Positions 29,400 through 38,959 of a stretch of 64,000 nucleotides of DNA are shown here, one piece after another; within the stretch, counting starts at the first letter, position 1, and the number at the start of each line of letters is the position of its first letter. Under the pieces are notes generated by a model. The model was not told the origin of the DNA, searched no databases, and saw only the letters and a list, made by a program, of their open reading frames with translations. The position numbers were made by a program, and so were the translations under genes. This stretch comes from a virus (lineage: Duplodnaviria; Heunggongvirae; Uroviricota; Caudoviricetes): the IMG/VR virus record IMGVR_UViG_3300031712_000052, positions 30,666 to 94,665 of that record; one strand, written 5' to 3'.

Positions 29400-30881
29400 C
29401 TATGACTTCTCTGCGTGCTCTGAAGAGTTCAGTACGCTGAACAGTGGGCCATGGAAGATTGGGATACCTACAGGAGCCTCAAATGGGCCCAGCTCACGAT
29501 CTCCCTCCGTTTCTGGTATCTTCGCCAACCACACATCAGATGGCATACCCCTACGCTCCCATGAGATCATAACGTAGTTCTCTTCATGATGACCTGTCAT
29601 CAATTCTGAGATCACAATTAGCTCATTGGCCTTTGTCCGATTGGCTACTAGGTGGCCTACATGAGCAAACATGCTCTCGCTGTCATCGGACTGGGTACTT
29701 TGGGAACTGAGTACTATGATCTCATTTGGCTCTGGAGCACTTCCATCCTCCATCACTGTGGGCACTATGATTATTTTCGTGGGCACATGCCCAGTCTCAC
29801 TGAAGCAGTTAGTGGTGCCCATGAACACGTAGTCCCTGACAGTATACCCACTCTTTAGCCTCTCCACATTGTGCTCCATACTCAGCATCCCTCCCACTGT
29901 TGCTCCCGCTGCCTCTGCTATAGCAATTAGCCGTGGAGGAGTGATTTCCGCTTTCAGTAGTGCCTTGTTGATGGCGTGCTTGAGGTATTCTATGTCTGAC
30001 TTATCAAATAGATCCTCCCTCTCCTCATCAGTTGTGGAGTCTGAATTCCACAGTCTAATGGCCTCACCCCACACACTAGCTGCTGTGGCTGGCTCCACAG
30101 TATCCCTGCACACACCTATTGGCAGGTTTCTGTCTTTTGTGTGAAGTAGAATGCCTACCCCCCGCCCATTCTGGTCTACCACTGTGGCCATGTCTGGTTT
30201 GTCGAATCCCAGTACCAAGAGATACGATCTTGCTGCTAGAACCGCCTTGGCCCACTTTGGCAAATCAGACAGCCTCTTTATGTTGCTGCTCCCATCACTA
30301 GACTCACTTGGAATGGGTATTATTTGTACGTTTCCAATACCCTTTGTGATTCTGGCCAATTCTTCGTGCACATGAGTACCTACAGCCATTGGTGCCTTCA
30401 GTGCCCCACTCTCACTCTCTAGCTTGTCAAAGGCTTCTCTGAGTGCAGCAGGCATGCTCATGAGCTCTTCCGACGTGGGATGACGTATCTTGCCCTCCTG
30501 AAGGGCCTTTACTGTGGCTGGTGGAATGAAACCATTACTGTATAAGCAGGATATTAGTGATAGTGTGTCTAGGCTGGTAATAGAGGAGCGGTTCACTAGG
30601 TACTCCTTCTCCTCATCAGACAGGTCAGCCAGGACCTTGCCTAGGTTTGTTAGTGCTGGCAAGATCAGATGCATGTCCTCTGGATCACTCAGTTCGATAA
30701 TGGGAATGTCGATGGTTTTTCCATCATGTTCGAGTGTTATGCCGAATCTACCCTCGTCCAGTAGTAGCTTTGTTTCTTTGGTCTCGAACCCCATACTATG
30801 CAATTCCTCCCGAACGACTATTGCATCTATTATGTGAACTGGAATTTGATCTAGAACCTCTTTGAAGGCATCTCTAATCAT
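29400..30881 (-). CDS. Large hypothetical protein of about 493 aa.
   Basis: A GGAGG RBS lies 6 nt upstream of ATG 30881 (MIRDAF). The longer ORF-track start is unlikely. Confidence 0.5.
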   Translation of the reverse strand: MIRDAFKEVLDQIPVHIIDAIVVREELHSMGFETKETKLLLDEGRFGITLEHDGKTIDIPIIELSDPEDMHLILPALTNLGKVLADLSDEEKEYLVNRSSITSLDTLSLISCLYSNGFIPPATVKALQEGKIRHPTSEELMSMPAALREAFDKLESESGALKAPMAVGTHVHEELARITKGIGNVQIIPIPSESSDGSSNIKRLSDLPKWAKAVLAARSYLLVLGFDKPDMATVVDQNGRGVGILLHTKDRNLPIGVCRDTVEPATAASVWGEAIRLWNSDSTTDEEREDLFDKSDIEYLKHAINKALLKAEITPPRLIAIAEAAGATVGGMLSMEHNVERLKSGYTVRDYVFMGTTNCFSETGHVPTKIIIVPTVMEDGSAPEPNEIIVLSSQSTQSDDSESMFAHVGHLVANRTKANELIVISELMTGHHEENYVMISWERRGMPSDVWLAKIPETEGDRELGPFEAPVGIPIFHGPLFSVLNSSEHAEKS

Positions 30882-31155
30882 TGTCATCCTCCACAGATTC
30901 ATTCTTTTCTTCCTCTTGAGGGAAGTAGGTATCGAGATCATCTTGAGTTGGTGCTATCCAACCCTTAATCTTGCCAGTAGCTAGCTCCACACTGAAACGT
31001 ACATAGTCTCCACTTCCCTCGGAAATGAAGGTAGGAGGATAGCCCATGTACTCTGGGCCTATTTGATGCCCGTCCTTTGTGTAGAGCTTTGCACGGAACA
31101 GGTCTGAACACTTCGCACTGATTCGAAGAGTATCCGCTTGTTGTTTGTTGGCCAT
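30874..31155 (-). CDS. Hypothetical acidic protein.
   Basis: 93 aa. Confidence 0.4.
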   Translation of the reverse strand: MANKQQADTLRISAKCSDLFRAKLYTKDGHQIGPEYMGYPPTFISEGSGDYVRFSVELATGKIKGWIAPTQDDLDTYFPQEEEKNESVEDDND

Positions 31156-31301
31156 TTGACATTTCTCCGTTGTGGGGGTTGTAGTAATACTCTCTACTAC
31201 TTACTTATCCCACATACTGGGCATATATTTGTAGGCATAGAGGTGGGAAAGCTGAGATAGCCCCCGATATAACACGGGGGCTATTCTCTACAAACACGGT
31301 T

Positions 31302-32576
31302 CTACTTCTTGGCTACTATGGCTGTTGTTGCAAGCCCAACCTGCTTCATCGCGGAAAGAGTCATCAACTGAATCATGTCATTCATGGCTGTAGCCCCATT
31401 TGGAACAGACCCACCTCCCATGACAACCTCAGGAACTAGCCTTTGCTTCCCCAGCTCAGCAAATCCTGCTGTAGCAATCCTCACTGCAGCTGCCAGCCTT
31501 TCTTCCAAGGCCCCATTGGCCAGCATGGCTGCTTTCTTCCTAGCTCCCTCGCCCTCACCCAGAAGCGTTTGTTCTTGCTTGGTGAACTCAGCTGTCTCCT
31601 TGGCTAGACGTGCTACTTCCTTCTTCTGCTCTGCTTCAGTAACTGCTTGAGCTTTGATGGTCTCTTGCTTCCACTTAGCTGTAGCTGCAGCAGCCTCTCC
31701 ATCCTTAGCTGCTGTGAGTGCATTCTGTTCAGCTTGACGGGCCCTAGCAGCTGAAGTTTGTACTGCTGCGAAAGCTGCTTGTTGGTCTGTGATCTGCTTG
31801 TTCACTGCATCGTCGTATTTCAATTCGTTGATGGATAGGTTGGATAACACGATGCCGTATGTCTCAATAGGGGATTGGTCTTCTACACGTAGCAGCTTAC
31901 CTGTCTTGGGGTCTTTATCAATCTGAGTGACACACACGGTTCTCTTGCCTTTGGTAACTGGGTCATCCTCTTGTGAGCAGTGAGAGGATGACTTGTACAC
32001 ACCGTGAGCTGCTTGGTCTTCTATGAAAAACAACAGGTCATTTCGTCTGACAGAGTACGATTCAGTAGATGTCATTTGCTGACCCGACAAATAGACAGCC
32101 TTCTGAATGATGGTTTCTATAAGAGAGTGCTCAAGTCCCTCTTGACCTCCGAATGTCGTATGGATCTTAGTAAGGTGCTCCACATCCATTGGAAGTGTGT
32201 ACCTCACTGAACCACTCAGCTTTGCATGGCCACCATCATTGAAACGTATCTGAATAGACCTGTCTTCTGTGGACCCTTGATCAGGTTTGTTGCTGAACCA
32301 GAAAGGTGATGACTTCTTGTAGTGAGTAGCCTTGCCCCACCACAATGATTTGATACCTGCATCTGTCCAAAATGTCAGCGCTCCTGTGATCCAAGCCTGC
32401 TTGGCTACAATTTCGTCTGAGTTGACCTTCTCGTAGGTGCCGCTGACTGTGGTGAAGAAGATGATCAGCCCCAGTATCAGCACCGCGAATACTCCAATCA
32501 GTTTGAGCGGTGTTGAACCAGATGATCTCTTGCCACCACCTCGAGGTCCGTAGTCTGTGTCTCCTGCGTAGCTCAT
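31302..32576 (-). CDS. SPFH/band-7 protein, flotillin or YqiK-like, with an N-terminal TM helix.
   Basis: An N-terminal TM segment is followed by a band-7-like core. The C-terminal half is a long Ala/Glu/Lys-rich coiled coil. This assignment is by pattern only. Confidence 0.6.
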   Translation of the reverse strand: MSYAGDTDYGPRGGGKRSSGSTPLKLIGVFAVLILGLIIFFTTVSGTYEKVNSDEIVAKQAWITGALTFWTDAGIKSLWWGKATHYKKSSPFWFSNKPDQGSTEDRSIQIRFNDGGHAKLSGSVRYTLPMDVEHLTKIHTTFGGQEGLEHSLIETIIQKAVYLSGQQMTSTESYSVRRNDLLFFIEDQAAHGVYKSSSHCSQEDDPVTKGKRTVCVTQIDKDPKTGKLLRVEDQSPIETYGIVLSNLSINELKYDDAVNKQITDQQAAFAAVQTSAARARQAEQNALTAAKDGEAAAATAKWKQETIKAQAVTEAEQKKEVARLAKETAEFTKQEQTLLGEGEGARKKAAMLANGALEERLAAAVRIATAGFAELGKQRLVPEVVMGGGSVPNGATAMNDMIQLMTLSAMKQVGLATTAIVAKK

Positions 32577-32884
32577 GGTATTTCTCCTCTGATGTCGTTT
32601 GTTTTCTCTTCCAATTCCGCTGCTACCTTCTCTGTCTTTGCTGCTTTCAAATCTCTCTCCGCTGCTTGTAGTCGAACCTGTGCCTCCTTCTCTCGTCTAG
32701 CTGCTGATGACAACATGCTCTCTGTTGGTGTCCGGCTGAGTAGTGGGGCCAATGTCTTCCTCAGTACCCACCTGGACATCGGGAACATTGGCTTGCTTCT
32801 GGCTAGTGGTATCCCCAGCTCTAGGATCGCCCACAGTGGTATCAGTAACTCTGCTTCAAGCAATACTTTGATCAGCCACATCAC
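32573..32884 (-). CDS. Small membrane protein, a possible NfeD-like partner of the SPFH protein.
   Basis: Hydrophobic N-terminus. Its ATGA overlaps the SPFH gene start. Confidence 0.35.
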   Translation of the reverse strand: MMWLIKVLLEAELLIPLWAILELGIPLARSKPMFPMSRWVLRKTLAPLLSRTPTESMLSSAARREKEAQVRLQAAERDLKAAKTEKVAAELEEKTNDIRGEIP

Positions 32885-33126
32885 TTGTGCCCTACTGGAT
32901 TGAATAGGGAGAAGCCGAAGAAGTAGACAGGTGCTGCTATTGTCCCTATTAGCGCGATACCCCAAATGATGTTCCCCAAAGAAGGCTCATACCTGATGTT
33001 GGGGTCTTTGACATTGTCCGCATTGAGCAGACCATAGGTCTCATACTGCTTGCCATTGATCACCTTTGGGGAACCACAGCCGGCCACTAGCATTGCTACC
33101 AAAACAAGAGCACATACGTATTTCAT
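32881..33126 (-). CDS. Small lipoprotein with signal peptide and a LVAGC lipobox.
   Basis: N-terminal MKYVCALVLVAMLVAGCGS, plus a C-terminal TM segment. Confidence 0.55.
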   Translation of the reverse strand: MKYVCALVLVAMLVAGCGSPKVINGKQYETYGLLNADNVKDPNIRYEPSLGNIIWGIALIGTIAAPVYFFGFSLFNPVGHK

Positions 33127-33137
33127 TTGATCCCTCT

Positions 33138-33506
33138 CTACATCGAATAGATCTTTCCGTCATCGCCCACATAAAACCATACTTCACCCATGGCTTCTGC
33201 AGACCGGGTGAGGAGTAGTTCATTATCTTCAGTAGTGAATTTCTGGCACCTATCCCAGAAGCCACAGCCGTGCCCGCACCTGGTCAAGAACAAATCGTGC
33301 CCAGCTTGTGCGTCTGGATAGCCTTTTAGTTCTTCCGCATTTTCTTCTCTGAACTTCTTGCAGTCTTCAGTAGCCTGCAGTACTGCCTCTGGTGCTATGT
33401 CTTTGATGCTGTGTAACTTCTCTAGGGGTTCACCCTCATGCTCCTCTCTTTCGTCAATGCTGGCCCACAAGGCACACGTCAGGTATGCCTGCAAGAATTC
33501 GTGCAT
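33138..33506 (-). CDS. Hypothetical protein.
   Basis: A GGAGGA RBS lies upstream of ATG 33506. Confidence 0.5.
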   Translation of the reverse strand: MHEFLQAYLTCALWASIDEREEHEGEPLEKLHSIKDIAPEAVLQATEDCKKFREENAEELKGYPDAQAGHDLFLTRCGHGCGFWDRCQKFTTEDNELLLTRSAEAMGEVWFYVGDDGKIYSM

Positions 33507-33521
33507 TCGATCTGTCCTCCA

Positions 33522-33554
33522 TTGACACAGTGCAATTAGACTGCGTCTAATTGC
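33522..33554 (+). promoter_or_regulatory. Second copy of the TTGACA-N18-TCTAAT promoter with the GCAATTAGAC-TGC-GTCTAATTGC palindrome. It is plus-oriented inside the minus-strand gene block.
   Basis: About 40/45 nt identical to 282-325. It would fire antisense into 33565-33885. Confidence 0.5.
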
Positions 33555-33564
33555 ACTGCATCAT

Positions 33565-33885
33565 CTAACCAATACGTTGGGTCACATACTGGTACACGTT
33601 GATCAGTTTCTTGGCACGCTCGGCGGCACAAGCTAATGCCCACATCTCATCATCGTAGCAAGCCGCCATACGGCAGACCTTCATGAGCTTGTGTGCTGCT
33701 TCGATCTTCTCTTTCTCTGTTACTGCTTCAAGTGACCCAGATCTTTCGATAGCTGGTCGTAATGCAGTGAGCTTGTGTTCCAAGCCCATAACTATTACCA
33801 ACCTCTTGAACTCTTGTGCAGCTTTTTCGAACTCCAGATCAAAGATGAACTGGTCAATTTCATTTTCCTGATCATCCCTGAACAC
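33565..33885 (-). CDS. Hypothetical protein.
   Basis: 106 aa. Confidence 0.45.
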   Translation of the reverse strand: MFRDDQENEIDQFIFDLEFEKAAQEFKRLVIVMGLEHKLTALRPAIERSGSLEAVTEKEKIEAAHKLMKVCRMAACYDDEMWALACAAERAKKLINVYQYVTQRIG

Positions 33886-33917
33886 TCTTACGGTGGTGCT
33901 ACCGTCTGGGTTTCTTC

Positions 33918-34274
33918 TTAGAACTTCGAATATTGGCCCTCATTTCCGCTATTGGAGTTTCTTTCCAGCTCTTCGTCCCACTTTCGTATTTTTCTTGCCC
34001 ATGATATCTCCTGGTCTTCGTCTGGGTGACAATCCTCACAATGTGGTGGTGAGTCGGAAGGCAATAGCAGACCACTACACACTACACAGCTCTGCAGGTC
34101 TACGATATGCTGATCTAACTCTTCCACCCGTTCCTGCAGTAGTTTGTACGCATGGTAGATTATTGCTGCAGCATCTATACCTGCCTGTGTAATACGTTCA
34201 CCTTCACGCATACAGGCCACATTACGAAGTGTCTCCAATGCCTTAGGCATATCCATATATGTATGCGTGCCCAT
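33918..34274 (-). CDS. Hypothetical Cys-rich protein.
   Basis: 118 aa. Confidence 0.45.
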   Translation of the reverse strand: MGTHTYMDMPKALETLRNVACMREGERITQAGIDAAAIIYHAYKLLQERVEELDQHIVDLQSCVVCSGLLLPSDSPPHCEDCHPDEDQEISWARKIRKWDEELERNSNSGNEGQYSKF

Positions 34275-34276
34275 TA

Positions 34277-34933
34277 CTACTCCTTTTGTGTGGTGGCTGC
34301 TTTCAACTCGCCTGCTTGGTGAGCGATGATGCGGCTGATTATTGTATGCTTGGCCCTATACTCTGCATCTTCCCTATTCGGAGCAACACCATCTGGAGTG
34401 TCTGTGGGTATCTTGAGACAGCGCATTAGCTTCTCCAGCTGATCAGGGTTACAACTCCACAAATAGGGCTCAGTGTGATGAAGCTTGAGCACTGCCAGGG
34501 ATTCTTGATCTGTCCTGTCACTCTCCAGTATCTGCAGCATCTTATTCCAGCAATACACGTCATCTTCTTGCCACAGATTGACAACCTTCCCTTGTGCGCC
34601 AGTTAGGTACCCATTAAGAGCCAATCTACCATCCAACTTGAGTACTTCTAAGTGCAGCCTGCGAAACTGTACCAAAGCCTCTCCAACTTCATGCCAAGCG
34701 ACCGACATTGTTCTGGCTACCTTAACGGCGTACTGGGCCGAGTCTAGGGTCATCGCCACAGTTCGAGCTGCGCTGCCTAGGTCATAAAAGGTGTATTGAA
34801 TTTCATGAAAGCTGGCCAGAAGCTCCTCCAGTTGGTGGAAGTTCTGTACAGCCTTGAACAGTGCCTCTATGAGCACACGCATAAGCTTCTCACGCCAGAC
34901 ATCTCCTACTCTCTTTTCCACTTTACTGGGCAT
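34277..34933 (-). CDS. Hypothetical protein.
   Basis: 218 aa. Confidence 0.5.
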   Translation of the reverse strand: MPSKVEKRVGDVWREKLMRVLIEALFKAVQNFHQLEELLASFHEIQYTFYDLGSAARTVAMTLDSAQYAVKVARTMSVAWHEVGEALVQFRRLHLEVLKLDGRLALNGYLTGAQGKVVNLWQEDDVYCWNKMLQILESDRTDQESLAVLKLHHTEPYLWSCNPDQLEKLMRCLKIPTDTPDGVAPNREDAEYRAKHTIISRIIAHQAGELKAATTQKE

Positions 34934-34936
34934 GTG

Positions 34937-35431
34937 TTATTTCCTTTTGTTTTTCTTTGTTCCTGGCATCTTGAGTTGTTGTGATGTTACGAGATTCGAC
35001 AAGGCTTGGAAGCACAGGCGGTCTGACTCTAGCCTGGTACTGGTGTAGTGATCGTATGCGCACCAAGATACATCAGTAGTGTTGGATGATCTAAATTCTG
35101 ACGGCCATACGCATAGTTGTTCGCAGTCGGTGCGAACATGGATTCCCAATGCGGGTTTTGATCCCTCACCCAATGCGATAATGTTCCCAAAGATTAGGTA
35201 AGTGCACTCCCTTTTGATCGCTTCTAGCTGTTTCTCATTGATGCCGTAGAATTGGATACTAGACCAAAAGCACAGCTTCAGAAGACTCTTATCTGTGCTT
35301 TTGATCTTACAGGCTGCAGTAACACGTTTGCCTATCAGAGCCAGTGCTTCCTTACCTATGTGAACGACTACGAAGTTGCACTCGTCGTAGTGCTCATCGC
35401 TACTTGTGATCGGCAGCAATAATGTGGTCAT
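34937..35431 (-). CDS. Hypothetical protein.
   Basis: 164 aa. Confidence 0.45.
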   Translation of the reverse strand: MTTLLLPITSSDEHYDECNFVVVHIGKEALALIGKRVTAACKIKSTDKSLLKLCFWSSIQFYGINEKQLEAIKRECTYLIFGNIIALGEGSKPALGIHVRTDCEQLCVWPSEFRSSNTTDVSWCAYDHYTSTRLESDRLCFQALSNLVTSQQLKMPGTKKNKRK

Positions 35432-35624
35432 TGACAGTCTTCTCCGAGTTCGCGAGTCTGCTCTGTTCTTTGTTCCAAGATGTCACTGCATCCTCCAAGC
35501 TATACTCCACAACACTGTTAGCCTTGGTGCAGCTACTGCACACTACGATGACAGCATTCTTGTTTCCGTATGGTTCTGCTTTAGCACTTTTGCCACAGTA
35601 GAAGCAAGATACAGCATTATCCAT
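35400..35624 (-). CDS. Small zinc-ribbon protein.
   Basis: Motifs CFYCGK...CSSC. Confidence 0.4.
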   Translation of the reverse strand: MDNAVSCFYCGKSAKAEPYGNKNAVIVVCSSCTKANSVVEYSLEDAVTSWNKEQSRLANSEKTVNDHIIAADHK

Positions 35625-35841
35625 ATTTGATGCTCGGTTGTGTAGTACGCCCGAACAAGCCTACTGAATGTAGGGCACATTCGGCGGAAGCGATACCAGC
35701 CCTGCACCTATTCAGTTCTTCTAGCCAATTGGCCAGCTTGATTCTTGATTCCACATCATCCAACAAAATGGATTCACTACCATGCCTCAGTTCTTTTGCT
35801 ACTTCGAGTGGTGTGTAAACCTGACAATGAAGATTTATCAT

Positions 35842-36174
35842 CTAGCCTCCGTCTCTTTTGATCTCAATTGGGCCTCTACCACAGCTGGCACATTGAGAGA
35901 CCACAATGCTTGGGCCGGGGTCGTTACATATGCGCCTATAGAGACTTTTGGCCAAATCATTCATGGATAGCACTAGCTGCTTGATCATGGCCTCTGCAAA
36001 CTCTCTGTCTCCGATCTTATTCGCTTGTGCCCACCTAACCACACTAAGGGCGGTGAAGAGGCCATTCTTGCATACTGGTCGCTCTTTTCGGTCTTCCTCT
36101 AGTAACCACCTGAATATAGTCTCTACTAGTGGTAGCTTCGCACTCGTAGCACTGTTCTCGCAATAGACCCGGCA
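35842..36174 (-). CDS. Hypothetical protein.
   Basis: Start set at the internal Met to avoid an 82-nt overlap. Confidence 0.4.
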   Translation of the reverse strand, partial: CRVYCENSATSAKLPLVETIFRWLLEEDRKERPVCKNGLFTALSVVRWAQANKIGDREFAEAMIKQLVLSMNDLAKSLYRRICNDPGPSIVVSQCASCGRGPIEIKRDGG

Positions 36175-36179
36175 CATCT

Positions 36180-36842
36180 TTAGCAACCTCCCATCAAGAG
36201 GCCACGGGGAAGAACAGGATTCCACATAGGTAGTTCTCCTACTCCCTCGCACTTGGTGCACGTATAGCAGTCAATGTACTTGCCCTTCACCAACATGAGC
36301 CCATGGCATGTCTGGCATCTATTCGTCCAGCTCCTTTCCACATGCCAGCCTGTACCCTTGCATGGGTAGCACACTCCGATCTTTTTGCCATTCTTCGAGA
36401 ACTCCCCAGTACCTCCACATTTGCGGCACTTGTACTCGTACCTACCACCTATGCGGGCGTGGTGGAAGAGAACAGAAGACCCAAAGTTAGTTCGGCAATC
36501 GGGACAAGGTTTATACAGCTGGTGGACAGTTCTGTACCCTACTCCATGGCATTCACCGCAAGCAATGCCGTTGGTTGTAGGCCCTAGACCTTTGCCTAGC
36601 TTTGCTAGCTCATCGCCCTCTTCGGTGTGGGTGACTGTTGCTATCTCTTGCTCAACTATGGTGGTGTCGTCCTTGAGCAAGGTATAGGCTTCATTCACCC
36701 TAGCAAAGCGTTCTTTGGCTTGTGGGTGTTTGCTTATGTCTGGGTGTTCAAGCTTAGAGAAACGGCGGTAGGCAGTCTTTAGAGCATTAGCTGTTGTGGG
36801 TGTTGTCAGTTGCAGTAACTTCAGTGCTTCTACTACGTTCAT
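36180..36842 (-). CDS. dnaJ-like: DnaJ-like co-chaperone. It has a J-domain HPD motif and CxxCxGxG zinc-finger repeats.
   Basis: J-domain KLEHPDISKHPQAKERF. Zinc-finger repeats CGECHGVGY, CPDC, CRKCGGTGE, CYPCKGTGW, CQTCHG and CTKCEGVGE. Confidence 0.7.
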   Translation of the reverse strand: MNVVEALKLLQLTTPTTANALKTAYRRFSKLEHPDISKHPQAKERFARVNEAYTLLKDDTTIVEQEIATVTHTEEGDELAKLGKGLGPTTNGIACGECHGVGYRTVHQLYKPCPDCRTNFGSSVLFHHARIGGRYEYKCRKCGGTGEFSKNGKKIGVCYPCKGTGWHVERSWTNRCQTCHGLMLVKGKYIDCYTCTKCEGVGELPMWNPVLPRGLLMGGC

Positions 36843-37056
36843 GTTTCTCCTTATGTGCTTCTATGATTGTGGGAAGAATGGAGGGGTCTTGTACCCACTT
36901 GCCATACTCTTCCCACGTCATACCTAGGTAGTCATGCAGTGCCAGTGGAATGGCGACCTCCTCAGTGTTGTGCCACCTTTCAACATCAGCACTGATGTCT
37001 TCTGGCTTGGCCTTGCCCTCTATGCACAGCTGGATGAAGCTTTTGAACTCAGCCAT
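36787..37056 (-). CDS. Hypothetical protein.
   Basis: 89 aa. Confidence 0.4.
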   Translation of the reverse strand: MAEFKSFIQLCIEGKAKPEDISADVERWHNTEEVAIPLALHDYLGMTWEEYGKWVQDPSILPTIIEAHKEKHERSRSTEVTATDNTHNS

Positions 37057-37336
37057 TTATGTCCTCCGGCCTGGGCCCTGTTGGGCCTACAGGTTCATCA
37101 CTTACAACGGCGGCAGCAATGAAGTCGTATGCCAACCTTGTCAGTTTGTTGGTTAGGCTCATAGCCTCTAAACGAGGGCTTGCACTAGACTTCAGTGGTT
37201 TGGTGATGCCTAGTTCTGCCGAAACATTGTTGTGATACGCCGATATCTTACCTAGCATCGTACCATCCGTCATGATGGTGATATCGACAGTGGCTGAGTA
37301 CTTTAGGTCCTTTTCATGAGTGAAAGTCTTGATCAT
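37049..37336 (-). CDS. Hypothetical protein.
   Basis: 95 aa. Confidence 0.4.
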   Translation of the reverse strand: MIKTFTHEKDLKYSATVDITIMTDGTMLGKISAYHNNVSAELGITKPLKSSASPRLEAMSLTNKLTRLAYDFIAAAVVSDEPVGPTGPRPEDING

Positions 37337-37345
37337 GGTGTGCTC

Positions 37346-37777
37346 CTACTTGCAGTGGCAAACTGTTGGAGACTGTGGCTTGATCTTCTGACACTGCTTG
37401 CAGTGTTGATCAGCCTTTTTCTTTTCCAGCCGTTTGGCTTTCTCTTGATCTCGAAGAGCATGGTACTTGTTTGCCAATTCGGCTACTCTGGAGCCCAAAC
37501 TATACACATCCTTGTATAGTTTCGATTCCGCAGAATCAAGTATATTGTAATCCTTGTAGATTTCGGTTTTAGCTTCCTGCTGTTCCTTCTCTAGTGCTCT
37601 CCAACGTCGATCAAATACGTTGTCTGCAATCCTTTCAACCTTGTTAGCCCGCTTGCACTCTGCCCTGCACTTTACACGCAACTCCTTGAGTCCAATCTTC
37701 ATATTCTTGAGGTCTATCTTAGCCGCAGCTAGCTTGTCACGTATCGTCTGAATCTGAGCAGCAATCTTGGTGTTCAT
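37346..37777 (-). CDS. Coiled-coil protein with a C-terminal Cys cluster.
   Basis: 143 aa, Lys/Glu/Ala-rich. Confidence 0.45.
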   Translation of the reverse strand: MNTKIAAQIQTIRDKLAAAKIDLKNMKIGLKELRVKCRAECKRANKVERIADNVFDRRWRALEKEQQEAKTEIYKDYNILDSAESKLYKDVYSLGSRVAELANKYHALRDQEKAKRLEKKKADQHCKQCQKIKPQSPTVCHCK

Positions 37778-37908
37778 TGAATACTCCTTGGTTGGCGGAG
37801 AAATAGGGGATTGGTACCTACTCTAATCCTTATGCCATTAACTGGCTTCGTATTGCAAGGCTAGAGAAGAACATGGTTGGTGTTCTTCTTTAGCGATTGA
37901 TCTCTCAG

Positions 37909-38910
37909 CTGTACCTACTTCTTTGTGTCTTTAGCTATTGTTACACAGTGAATCTAGATATAACCCGAGAGCGTTTTTCACTGTACCTACTTCTTTGCTT
38001 CTCTACTCATTGTTACGTATCTTGAACCCCAGCGTGGACACTCGGCCTGAAACTGTACCTACTTCTTTGTTTCTCTACTCATTGTTGATTCTTGCGGTGG
38101 CTTGCTGTACCTACTTCTTTGCTTACGTGTACGCGAACCCAGTTAGCTATCTGTACCTACTTCTTTGCTTCTTCTAACCCGTCGATTTTGCTGTACCTAC
38201 TTCTTTGTTTCTACATTAGTTGTTACGGCGTCGTGTCCAACCCGAAAGGTGACTGTACCTACTTCTTTGCTTCTCTACGCATTGTTACTCGGGCACCGAA
38301 CTCTTCTCATCCTGTACCTACTTCTTTGCTTCTATACCCATTGTTACGACCCATGCAGCTTTCTTCGGGGTGAACCCGTGGACTGTACCTACTTCCTTGT
38401 TTCTCTACTCATTGTTACAGGGTGACCAACCTGTGTTTCCTTTGCCGCCGTCTTCTGTACCTACTTCTTTGTTTCTTGGTTATCCCGTTTGTGGCACTTG
38501 TATGTCTTCTGCCTGTACCTACTTTTTTGCTTCTTTAGCCATTGTTACTTGTCCGACGGTCACACGGCAGAAAGCAGGAAATCATCTGTACCTACTTCTT
38601 TGTTTCTCGACTCATTGTTACATCCCCAAAGGCCGTTCCCAAGCGCACCAACACTCTGTACCTACTTCCTTGTTTCTCGACTCATTGTTACGTGGCCGTA
38701 ACAATGACAGCGGCACCGAGCCGGGCTGCTGTACCTACTTCTTTGTTTCTCTACTCATTGTTACCTGGGCGTGCCGCTGGTGGCCCTGTTCAGAAAGCCA
38801 CCTGTACCTACTTCTTTGTTTCTCTACTCATTGTTACCTAGTTGCCTTTGATTCTTTGGGTAGACTGCAGTCGACTGTACCTACTTCTTTGTTTCTCTAC
38901 TCATTGTTAC
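37909..38910 (-). CRISPR. CRISPR array. It has a 36-nt repeat, 13 full copies, 3 truncated copies and 15 unique spacers of roughly 16-37 nt.
   Basis: Repeats start at 37909 (degenerate), 37981, 38053, 38105 (20-nt fragment), 38151 (20-nt fragment), 38191, 38253, 38312, 38383, 38455 (22-nt fragment), 38513, 38586, 38656, 38729, 38802 and 38875. The three copies at the high-coordinate end are identical. The strand is inferred from the polymorphism gradient and the cas operon direction. Confidence 0.9.
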
Positions 38911-38959
38911 AGCAGCGTCTAAAAGGTAAGCACTTTCGGTAAGTTAATAGGGCAATTAC

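Noticed and set aside
33531-33564. A minus-strand promoter using the same palindrome to drive gene 33138-33506.
   Set aside because: The palindrome supplies a TCTAAT on the minus strand too. The corresponding -35 positions read ATGATG/TGATGC, not TTGACA. Only the plus-oriented promoter is convincing.
37938-38942. Six overlapping plus-strand ORFs in the track (37938-38177, 38092-38373, 38165-38425, 38370-38942, 38489-38701, 38542-38841) that repeat the peptide VPTSLFLYSLL.
   Set aside because: They are translations of the CRISPR repeat in successive frames. The periodic identical peptides come from the 36-nt DNA repeat, not from a gene.
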